From: an uncultured Nitrososphaerota archaeon
Lineage (GTDB): Archaea > Korarchaeota > Korarchaeia > Korarchaeales > Korarchaeaceae
Assembly (NCBI GenBank): GCA_964480775.1
Contig: CAYZRF010000011.1
Location: 1 to 32,000, forward strand
Direction: 5' to 3'
DNA: 32,000 nt
In this document: positions 25,239 to 32,000 of the stretch, in pieces
Position numbering within the stretch: position 1 is the stretch's first letter
How the letters are laid out: each line of letters starts with the position of its first letter
Position numbers and translations under genes: made by a program
The notes under the pieces: model-generated
The model's database searches: none
Seen by the model: only the letters and a program-made list of their open reading frames with translations
What the model was told of the DNA's origin: nothing

Positions 25239-26393
25239 GTGCCCAATCTTATGATAGGAAAAGATGAGTTCCAGAAAAGGGTTGGGAAGTTAAAGAAGTG
25301 GATGGAAAAGAAGGACGTAGACGCTTCTCTCTTCTTCCCAGGGTCAAACATGCTTTATCTCGGCGGAACGAAGAACGCAGGTTTGCTCGTGGTCCCAATC
25401 GATGGAGACCCAATCTTGTTGGCTAGATACGCTTTTGGAGACGCTCTTGCAGAGGAAGAATCACCTTTCGAACTGAAAGTGGTTAAACCCTATTATGGCA
25501 TTGAGAAAAAGCAAGTAAAGAGCGTAAATCTCCTAAAAGAGGCAAAGAACGTTTTAGTCAGCCATAAAATTAGGGTAAAGAGGCTTGGTGTCGAGAAATC
25601 TAGAGTTGCTACTCTAAAGGAGGTAAGGAAGGTTTTCAGGGTAAAGAGGAGGTCAGTTCCCTTTTTGGATGCTGGATCCTTTGTGGAAAACCTCAGGATG
25701 GTAAAGAGCAGCTCAGAAATAGATTTGATCAAGAAAAGCGCTGAAATATCTGCTAAAGCCCTAGAATACGTGGTAGATGACCTTAAGCCAGGGGTAATGG
25801 AAAAGACAATAGCCAACAAGCTTGAGTTCCTTATGAGGGACTTGGGTGCATCTGATCTAGCCTTCCCGTCCATTGTTGCCTTTGGAGAGAACACGTTTAA
25901 CGCCCATCATGTGCCTACTGAGAGGAAGTTAAAGGAAGGAGATTTAGTGCTTTTTGATTGGGGAGCAAAGTTCTCTGGGTATTGCAGTGATACTACGAGA
26001 ACCTTTGTCTATGGAAAACCGAGTAGTAAGATTGTTGAGAGGTTTGAGGCAGTTAGCGCGGCGCAGAACGAGGGATTAAATGCTGTAAAGGCTGGAGTTC
26101 CTTTTGAAGATCCTGATGTTGCTTCGAGGAAGGTATTGGAAAAGTACGGGTTGGTCGGGGAGTTCGTTCATTCCTTAGGTCATGGCCTAGGGCTTGATGT
26201 CCACGAGATGCCCAGGCTACTCGTAGGGGCTAAGGGAAAGCTGAAGGAAGGCATGGTAGTGACTGTGGAGCCAGGAGTATACATAAAGGGATGGGGAGGA
26301 ATAAGGATAGAGGATACAGTCGTCGTCAGAGAGGATAGGGCTGAAGTGCTAACTACAGGAATTCCCAAGGGCATGGATTTCCTGAAGCGCTAG
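25239..26393 (+). CDS. pepQ: Xaa-Pro dipeptidase/aminopeptidase (M24B prolidase)
   Basis: Metal ligand motifs DLVLFDWGAKFSGYCSDTTRT, HSLGHGLGLDVHE, VTVEPGVY, IRIEDTVVV. The start is GTG 25239 or ATG 25251. Confidence 0.85.
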   Translation: MPNLMIGKDEFQKRVGKLKKWMEKKDVDASLFFPGSNMLYLGGTKNAGLLVVPIDGDPILLARYAFGDALAEEESPFELKVVKPYYGIEKKQVKSVNLLKEAKNVLVSHKIRVKRLGVEKSRVATLKEVRKVFRVKRRSVPFLDAGSFVENLRMVKSSSEIDLIKKSAEISAKALEYVVDDLKPGVMEKTIANKLEFLMRDLGASDLAFPSIVAFGENTFNAHHVPTERKLKEGDLVLFDWGAKFSGYCSDTTRTFVYGKPSSKIVERFEAVSAAQNEGLNAVKAGVPFEDPDVASRKVLEKYGLVGEFVHSLGHGLGLDVHEMPRLLVGAKGKLKEGMVVTVEPGVYIKGWGGIRIEDTVVVREDRAEVLTTGIPKGMDFLKR

Positions 26394-26396
26394 TCG

Positions 26397-26894
26397 TTAA
26401 TCAAGGCTCAAACCCATCTTGTTTATGGCAACGTAAACGACATTTGAGAAGATTATGCCTGAGACTGCTTGGATCACGTTACCAGGTAACTCGACCGCAG
26501 CAGCCCCTACTCCGTACAAATATGACTCGACGAGGAAATAGCCGATAACCATCTCAAAAGCTCCCAAGCAAGTCCCTATCAGGATGAAAAACTTCTTCCT
26601 CTTCGATATCTCACCGGCTATAGCCCCCTCTATTCCCTTGATGATAAGGGTCCAAGGAGCCCAGTGAGGGAAGCCGCCTATGATATCTGCTAGGGCAGAG
26701 CCTATTCCACCAGCTGCTCCTCCGACTACTGGCCCGAGAAGAATCGCAAACAAGAGGACCATGGTGTCGCCCAAGTTAATATAACCCCTTGTTGGGGCTA
26801 TGGGCACTCTAATCATCAGGGTGGCAACAGCAACCAGAGCTGCTCCAACTGCTAAGGCAGCTGCCTTCTTAGATGTATCTTGTTGCATCGCCAT
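26397..26894 (-). CDS. ECF-transporter S-component-like membrane protein (PF07155-like), substrate unknown
   Basis: About five hydrophobic helices. GYINLGDTMVLLFAILLGPVVGGAAGGIGSALADIIGG..HWAPWTLIIKGIEG matches the pattern of ECF S components. No EcfA/EcfT genes are present in the window. Confidence 0.55.
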   Translation of the reverse strand: MAMQQDTSKKAAALAVGAALVAVATLMIRVPIAPTRGYINLGDTMVLLFAILLGPVVGGAAGGIGSALADIIGGFPHWAPWTLIIKGIEGAIAGEISKRKKFFILIGTCLGAFEMVIGYFLVESYLYGVGAAAVELPGNVIQAVSGIIFSNVVYVAINKMGLSLD

Positions 26895-26908
26895 TATAAC
26901 TTAGTTTT

Positions 26909-26924
26909 TACTTATATATCAGTA
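26909..26924. promoter_or_regulatory. TATA-centred imperfect palindrome TACTTATATATCAGTA in the 50-bp divergent intergenic region
   Basis: 14 of 16 positions are self-complementary. The element lies 21-36 nt from ATG 26945 (+) and 15-30 nt from ATG 26894 (-), so it would serve both promoters. It is a candidate operator for the adjacent wHTH protein. Confidence 0.3.
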
Positions 26925-26944
26925 TTTTAGCTTGAATATTTGAG

Positions 26945-28381
26945 ATGGCCTATGTAAGCGCCCTCTATTGTGAGAGATGTGGGGCATCTTACACTCCAGA
27001 AACCCTTAGAAATAAGTGCGAGAAATGCAAAGGTCCTTTAAACGTTGGATATGACATAAATAGACTTAAAGAGGCATCTGTTAAGCACAATTGGATGTCT
27101 AGAGCTGGAGGAATATGGAAATACTGGGAACTCCTGCCAAGCTCTCCAAGGGGCGCAATTTCTTTAGGAGAAGGGAACACCAGGCTTCATAGGGCCAAAA
27201 AAATCGGACTTAAAACAGGACTAAAGGATCTGTTCATAAAGGACGAGACTACAAATCCAACTGGATCCTTCTTGGATAGGGGAGCCTCGGTTCTCACAAC
27301 AAAGTTGATTGAACATGGATTTAGAGGAGTTCAAGGTCACTTCAAGGGAAATCTTGGGGCGTCATTGGCGGCTTACTCTGCCCGAGCAGGACTAAAATGC
27401 ACCATAAAACTTGATGAGAACGTGGACTTGGCTAAGCTTTATCAGATGATAGCCTATGGTGCCGAAATAATACTACCGAACAGCAAATCTTCACTTGAAT
27501 CTTCTGACCTAATTTATACAGCAGATAATGCCGATCCTTTTCTGATAGAGGGGCACAAAACGATAGCTTTTGAGGTGCTTCAAGCTCTCAACTGGAGGGA
27601 ACCGTACTGCATTGTCGTTCCAGTGGGAAGCGGAGGCTTGGTTTGGTCTCTTTGGAAGGGTCTTAAAGAACTTAAAGAGATTGGAATTCTAGAAGATAAT
27701 GATATTCGGCTCATTGGCGTCCAATCATATGCATGTTCGCCGATTGCTGACGAAATACTTGGAGAACATGAGGTTAAAGCAAACAAAAAGCCGCATATAG
27801 CAAGAGATCTAGTTTTCTACCTGCCTGAGAGGAGATTTGAGGCTATAGAAGCCATAAAAAAGAGTAAAGGATGGGCCTACGTCGTCTCCGAGGAAGATAT
27901 GTTGACAGCTGCGAGAACCCTAGCAAAAGAAGAGGGCATCTTCGCAGAACCAGCAGCAGCGTCAACCATTGCTTGCGTCGAAAAAATGGTAGAGAGTGGA
28001 AATTTGGATCCATCAGACCAGGTAGTTTGCGTAATCACAGGATCTGGTCTGAAAGATCCTGTCGTTGCTATGAGGGAATTGGAGAGGAACATAGCTTTAG
28101 AGAGATTCATAAAGGGAGAGATCCTAGGGAGGTCCTTAATTGGAAGAACAAAGAAGAGAATCCTGAATGTGCTTAAAGGTGGACCTTCTCACGCCTATGG
28201 CATATGGACTAAGCTCAAAGAGGAAGGTATCAAGGTAAGCGCCTCCGCAGTATATCAGCAGATATCAGACCTTGAGGAGAAGGGATTAATAGCTAGAACC
28301 GAGGAAGAACTAGTTTCTGGGAGGATAAGAATAATCTATTCCTTAACAGAAAAAGGGAAGGAATTGGTGGATCTTTTATAG
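26945..28381 (+). CDS. threonine-synthase-fold (PLP fold-type II) protein lacking the catalytic lysine, with N-terminal zinc ribbon and C-terminal PadR-like winged HTH
   Basis: CERCG..x15..CEKCKG zinc ribbon. ThrC-like core (LGEGNTRL, FIKDETTNPTGSFLDRGAS, PVGSGGL, EEGIFAEPAAAS, VITGSGLKDP). Leu (TTG 27272-27274) sits where the PLP Lys should be. The C-terminal ~75 aa read ILNVLKGGPSHAYGIWTKL...VYQQISDLEEKGLI...RIIYSLTEKGKELV. Confidence 0.75.
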   Translation: MAYVSALYCERCGASYTPETLRNKCEKCKGPLNVGYDINRLKEASVKHNWMSRAGGIWKYWELLPSSPRGAISLGEGNTRLHRAKKIGLKTGLKDLFIKDETTNPTGSFLDRGASVLTTKLIEHGFRGVQGHFKGNLGASLAAYSARAGLKCTIKLDENVDLAKLYQMIAYGAEIILPNSKSSLESSDLIYTADNADPFLIEGHKTIAFEVLQALNWREPYCIVVPVGSGGLVWSLWKGLKELKEIGILEDNDIRLIGVQSYACSPIADEILGEHEVKANKKPHIARDLVFYLPERRFEAIEAIKKSKGWAYVVSEEDMLTAARTLAKEEGIFAEPAAASTIACVEKMVESGNLDPSDQVVCVITGSGLKDPVVAMRELERNIALERFIKGEILGRSLIGRTKKRILNVLKGGPSHAYGIWTKLKEEGIKVSASAVYQQISDLEEKGLIARTEEELVSGRIRIIYSLTEKGKELVDLL

Positions 28382-28390
28382 GAATTCAGA

Positions 28391-28762
28391 TTAATTTGAG
28401 GGTTTTTCAAGGTCATAATCCGACCAGGGTATGAGGGGATTGAGACTACCACTCAAATAAGCCCTTATTGCATCTTTGAGGGTCTTGCAGTCTCCCTCTA
28501 AAGCTACGACCCCATTCTCAAGCATAAAAGTTACCGCATCATCATCCAACGGGTTCGCAAGGATAGCATCTGGTTGTAGCTCTAGGAACACCTCTGGCAG
28601 GAACCTCGGATGTAAGTCAGAGGTATCGACGAATCCAATTTCCTCCAAGGCACCAGTATCACCTAGCTCTATTACTGCAAGCTGTTTTATTTCCATTGTC
28701 TTGGAGGCTATTTCTGAATGGAAGCCCATTGGCCTCGATATAGGAATTATCAATCTAACCAT
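28391..28762 (-). CDS. small cytoplasmic protein, weakly NifX/NifB-C-terminal-like (MTH1175-type alpha/beta fold)
   Basis: The pattern LIIPIS....AVIEL.D.G......PEVFLELQPDAILA....DAV.FMLENGV...G.CKTLKDAIRAYLSGSL resembles the dinitrogenase FeMo-cofactor-biosynthesis domain family, but the usual HFG motif is absent. It lies 47 nt downstream of the 927-aa gene. Confidence 0.3.
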   Translation of the reverse strand: MVRLIIPISRPMGFHSEIASKTMEIKQLAVIELGDTGALEEIGFVDTSDLHPRFLPEVFLELQPDAILANPLDDDAVTFMLENGVVALEGDCKTLKDAIRAYLSGSLNPLIPWSDYDLEKPSN

Positions 28763-28809
28763 GATGCTCTTCTATCTTCTGCGACAACGACAATATAAAC
28801 CTTCTTAGC

Positions 28810-31593
28810 TTACTCCTCCAATAGTATTAACTCATCACCTTTAATTTCTAAGTTCATTTCAGGGTGAAGCTTTGCGAATCTAACCAGAGCAATGAACCTT
28901 AGGTCTTCGGGTAGTGTTGTAAGGAGAGAAGCGGGTGCTTTACCCCACAGGCTCAGCATCATCTTTATCCTCCCTTCTATCTTGCTCCACGATCCTATGA
29001 GTTCTTCGAGGGAGTCAAGGCGTCTATCAAGAGAGATCATGTTGGATTCTAAACTGTCTAAAAGCTGTTTCGCATAATCATATTTTCCATCAGAGATCTC
29101 CATCCTAACATCATATAGAAGTTTGTGCAGAGATTCCACCTTGTTAACTAAACCAGGAAATCCCTGTTCTTCGTAACTCTTTGCCCTTTGGAGTAAGGAA
29201 GCTAGTTTCCCGGCTACTTGGTTCATCCTTGCCTCAAGCTCCTTGTACACGGTAGGAGCCTCTACCGCCACTTCAGGCTTCTCTTCTTCTGCTGGAGGAG
29301 AAGGAGCAACGGGAACTATTTCTATTTCTGCTGGTTTTGGTTTAATTATTTCTATCTCTTCTGGTTTTATTTCTTCCATGACGGATGGAGGAGTTGGAGC
29401 TGGTTTCTCCTTTCTTCTTCCACTTATCACCTTAAGGACAACAGCAAGAGGAATGCCAGCCATGAGGGCTAGTACCACCAAGCGAGAGCCCCACAGCCCT
29501 ATGTACGGCTCGAAAAAGGTTGTAATTGGTGCGAGAGCCTTCCAAAAGCTCTCTATCGGGCTTACTGGGGTTGGTGTTGGAGTAGGAGAGGCAGTTGGTG
29601 AGGGAGACGTAATTCCAACCCCTACAGAAATCGATACCGACATCTGATCTAGGATTTCGTCCTCGCGGAATACCTTGACCGATATCTCGGAGGAGCCCTT
29701 TTCGAGGGCTTTAAGGGGCAAAAGAATTTCCTTATCTTCTCCAGCTTTTAGAGGCCCCACTTCAACAGAGCTCTTGTTGGTAATATCCGATGAAGCCTCT
29801 ATCTTAAGCACAGCGTTATCAACGAGTCTGTTCTTTACTCTCACCTTTAGGCTTATGGTCTCTCCCTGATTTACGCTAACCATACTTGGAGAAACGCCTT
29901 CCAACAACTCGCCTTGGACACAAGTCCCTTTGATTGCTGTCTCACCAATTTCTGTTCCGTTTAGTTTTGCGACAAGCCTAATGTTAACATCTCCTGGGAA
30001 GGTAGGGATTGTCTGAATGGAGAACGACTTTTCAACCCCAGCATCAACCCATCCAAGAGAAACGGTCTTGCTTATTATTCCCTCTCCAGACAGGACGAGT
30101 TCCAACTGTCCGCTTACGTTAGAAGATACTTTACCAGAGACTTCAAACGTCTCTCCCACTGTCAAAGTTCCTAGCTCAGATGTAGAAAATGTGGCCGAGC
30201 CTACTACCTTCGGGGTAACTGCTCCCGTTTCTTTATATGGGAGTTCAATTCTATGTACCCAAGATACGTTCCCATCCTCCATTAGAACGTTTAGTTCCAC
30301 GTAAGAGAACGGTTTAGAGAGGGTAAACTTGAAACTTGTCTTTCGGGTTCTCACTAGCGGAGTTACAGAAGGAAGTACCTCGAGCCATAGGAGATCACCT
30401 TCTGGAGATCTTACATCTATTGTCGGAACTATCGTGTCATTGGAATAAAGCGAAACAACTCCTTCTACGAACACCGTGAGGTTTTCCATGGCATTGAGTT
30501 TTTGAACGACGAAACCTACCCTGGGAAGTTTTATGCTCATTAAAGATCCGCTTGAATTGAGAAATACCAAACTCCAACGCTCTGGATCTAGTCTAACCCT
30601 AAAGAGAGGCTTAAACACCTCATATTCAGGAATATAGGAGGTTTCATCGACATTCAGGTCATATAAGATGATCCCATCTTTTCTACTCCAAAAGACGAGG
30701 GCGTTACCCGCTATCATCGGTTGGTCATAGGCGTTCTTTGCCAATCTGGGGAATCTATCGATTTCTCCTTTAGCTATGTCTATGATATTTAAGAAGCCTC
30801 CCGTAGACATAACATAGGCGAGACCTCTTCTACAGGGAATCTCTCCAGCGACAACGTTTCCTCCTCTTAGCGTTATCGATCCTGAAAGGATCTCTCCAGT
30901 CGCAGGGTTGACCAAGTATATGTCCGACTCAACACCAGCTAGAAGGTATCCTGCCCCGATTCCTAGCGCGACAACCTCTGATGAGAATTCTTGGTCCCAT
31001 ATGACTTCTCCGCCTTCTGTTCCAAGAGCCATAAGGTGCTTTCCACAGCAAACGTAAGCAACATCTTCCTCAACCAAAAAGACCTCTATAGAACCAGGCA
31101 GATCTACTGTCCAGACCTCTGCTCCATTATTTTTATCAAATGCGGTGAGCTTCCCACCTTCAACAGGCACTAATATCAGATCTCCTGCTGGAACTAAGCT
31201 GGAGGTGTAGCTTCTATCAGAATCTCCTGGTATTTGAGTGTAGTACGCCCTTCTCCCAGTCATAAGGTCAAAAGCCATGAATAAGTTGGCGGTTCTTTCG
31301 CCTGTTGTAACGTAAACTCTGCGCCAATCAGCCCAAATATCTGGAATGGCAACTCCACCAAGAGGTGTTTCCCACAGAACTTCGCCTGTGTTAGCATCAA
31401 CAGCGGCTAGTATGGTCCCACCCATTCTTATTGTGAGGATCTTGTCCCTAGCAACAAAGGGAGAGGATCTTTTGATCGTTGGAGCTAGATTTCCAACCTC
31501 TATCGGCTCTATGGTGTAGTAGTACGGCAGTGCTTGGACCAATGTTGTGAACACGAAGATAAGCATTAAGATGATAAGTAGAGGACGCTTCAT
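28810..31593 (-). CDS. type I membrane protein: signal peptide, PQQ-like beta-propeller, CARDB/Ig-like domains, T/P stalk, TM helix, ~230-aa cytoplasmic helical domain
   Basis: N-terminus MKRPLLIILMLIFVFTTLVQA. PQQ-type repeats (TGEVLWETPLGG, NGAEVWTVDLPG, GGEVIWDQEF, ATGEILSGS). CARDB-like GETISLKVRVKNRLVDNAVLKIE. Stalk SPSPTASPTPTPTPVSP. TM helix LVVLALMAGIPLAVVLKVI followed by RRKEK. The tail then has a P/E-rich repeat and predicted coiled-coil helices. Confidence 0.65.
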   Translation of the reverse strand: MKRPLLIILMLIFVFTTLVQALPYYYTIEPIEVGNLAPTIKRSSPFVARDKILTIRMGGTILAAVDANTGEVLWETPLGGVAIPDIWADWRRVYVTTGERTANLFMAFDLMTGRRAYYTQIPGDSDRSYTSSLVPAGDLILVPVEGGKLTAFDKNNGAEVWTVDLPGSIEVFLVEEDVAYVCCGKHLMALGTEGGEVIWDQEFSSEVVALGIGAGYLLAGVESDIYLVNPATGEILSGSITLRGGNVVAGEIPCRRGLAYVMSTGGFLNIIDIAKGEIDRFPRLAKNAYDQPMIAGNALVFWSRKDGIILYDLNVDETSYIPEYEVFKPLFRVRLDPERWSLVFLNSSGSLMSIKLPRVGFVVQKLNAMENLTVFVEGVVSLYSNDTIVPTIDVRSPEGDLLWLEVLPSVTPLVRTRKTSFKFTLSKPFSYVELNVLMEDGNVSWVHRIELPYKETGAVTPKVVGSATFSTSELGTLTVGETFEVSGKVSSNVSGQLELVLSGEGIISKTVSLGWVDAGVEKSFSIQTIPTFPGDVNIRLVAKLNGTEIGETAIKGTCVQGELLEGVSPSMVSVNQGETISLKVRVKNRLVDNAVLKIEASSDITNKSSVEVGPLKAGEDKEILLPLKALEKGSSEISVKVFREDEILDQMSVSISVGVGITSPSPTASPTPTPTPVSPIESFWKALAPITTFFEPYIGLWGSRLVVLALMAGIPLAVVLKVISGRRKEKPAPTPPSVMEEIKPEEIEIIKPKPAEIEIVPVAPSPPAEEEKPEVAVEAPTVYKELEARMNQVAGKLASLLQRAKSYEEQGFPGLVNKVESLHKLLYDVRMEISDGKYDYAKQLLDSLESNMISLDRRLDSLEELIGSWSKIEGRIKMMLSLWGKAPASLLTTLPEDLRFIALVRFAKLHPEMNLEIKGDELILLEE

Positions 31594-31650
31594 GTCGAAT
31601 CAAGAAACCCCGACGATATTAAAAAATACTCGGGTTAAGAGCAGAAATGG

Positions 31651-32000
31651 ATGAATAACAACACCGAGCTATTGAATGCATTTGTCTCTTGGATGGAATT
31701 GAGGGGCTACAGGCCCGGAACAATAAGACAGTACTCTTATGACGTGAAAAGATTCCTATCTTGGCTAAAGGAGGATCCAACAAAGGTTGAAGAACAAGAG
31801 ATCTCAGCATATCTACTCAAGATAAAATCCGATAGGAATTTAAGCAACACGACAATGCTGAGAAGAATAGCATCACTAAGGACGTTTTACGAGTTCTTAG
31901 TTGATCAAGGAATGATGGAAACAAATCCTGTAACGATAAGAAGACCAAGGGTTAGGAGGAAGTTACCAAGCGTTTTATCTAGGGAAGAGATAGAGAAACT
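31651..32000 (+). CDS. tyrosine recombinase (XerA/XerC/XerD-like), 3'-partial at window edge
   Basis: Not in the ORF track because it runs off the window. ATG 31651 gives MNNNTELLNAFVSWMELRGYRPGTIRQYSYDVKRFLSWL...LSNTTMLRRIASLRTFYEFLVDQGMMETNPV...LPSVLSREEIEKL. This is the N-terminal SAM-like core-binding domain of phage-integrase-family recombinases. Confidence 0.7.
   Translation, partial: MNNNTELLNAFVSWMELRGYRPGTIRQYSYDVKRFLSWLKEDPTKVEEQEISAYLLKIKSDRNLSNTTMLRRIASLRTFYEFLVDQGMMETNPVTIRRPRVRRKLPSVLSREEIEK

Noticed and set aside
25493-25894. 133-aa minus-strand ORF inside the prolidase gene (similar shadow ORFs at 7459-7809, 24383-24646, 29243-29647 and 30017-30304)
   Set aside because: These are antisense shadows of well-supported genes, with no start context and no recognisable domains.
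29290-29400. DNA-level imperfect tandem repeat (TATTTCTATTTCTGCTGGTTTTGG / TTATTTCTATCTCTTCTGGTTTTAT)
   Set aside because: It lies in frame within the 927-aa gene and encodes the repetitive cytoplasmic P/E/I-rich linker (EEIKPEEIEIIKPKPAEIEIVP). It is a coding low-complexity repeat, not a separate element.
31651-32000. Tyrosine recombinase as a marker of an integrated mobile element or provirus
   Set aside because: Only the N-terminal domain is visible. There is no adjacent tRNA, and no direct repeats or phage/plasmid genes in the preceding 30 kb. A chromosomal XerA-type resolvase is the simpler reading, but the downstream sequence is needed to settle it.

Overview
Archaeal, thermophile-style chromosomal segment: K/E/I-rich proteins, TATA-box/leaderless and GGTGA-type SD signals, TIP49, Lhr and a XerA-type recombinase. 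It holds about 31 protein genes. I saw no rRNA, tRNA or CRISPR array by eye. Layout: (i) 1-2770 is a tight operon of three paralogous secreted or anchored Ig-like/CARDB surface proteins. (ii) 2841-18928 is a cell-envelope glycan and sulfur-activation island. It contains an RHH regulator, ManC, a small membrane protein, a truncated epimerase remnant and an RHH-sat-(NPP/alkaline-phosphatase-superfamily)-cysC operon. It also contains a deacetylase plus ATP-grasp pair, a TauABC/SsuABC-type ABC importer, an HTH regulator, an ATP-grasp plus fused ComDE-like ThDP decarboxylase pair, a GH43/130-like propeller and a GT2. (iii) 19142-23955 is a TIP49 (RuvB-like) / Lhr helicase / MPE phosphoesterase array. 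(iv) 24048-25045 is an HTH-MNT/HEPN toxin-antitoxin pair. (v) 25239-28381 holds a prolidase and an ECF-S-like membrane protein that lies divergent from a threonine-synthase-fold protein; that protein lacks the PLP lysine and carries a C-terminal PadR-like wHTH. (vi) 28391-31593 holds a 927-aa PQQ-propeller/CARDB transmembrane protein with a cytoplasmic helical tail, plus a small downstream ORF. (vii) 31651-32000 is the 5' part of a tyrosine recombinase. The best candidates for undescribed biology are: the Lys-less ThrC-fold/wHTH fusion next to a transporter; the sat-NPP-cysC operon inside a glycan cluster with no recognisable sulfotransferase or PAPS reductase; the TIP49 with a Walker B DE->DN change and no canonical start for its conserved N-terminus, sitting directly upstream of Lhr-MPE; and the ComDE-like decarboxylase/ATP-grasp pair beside a sulfonate-type ABC importer. 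All functional calls come from motif recognition by eye, with no database search.
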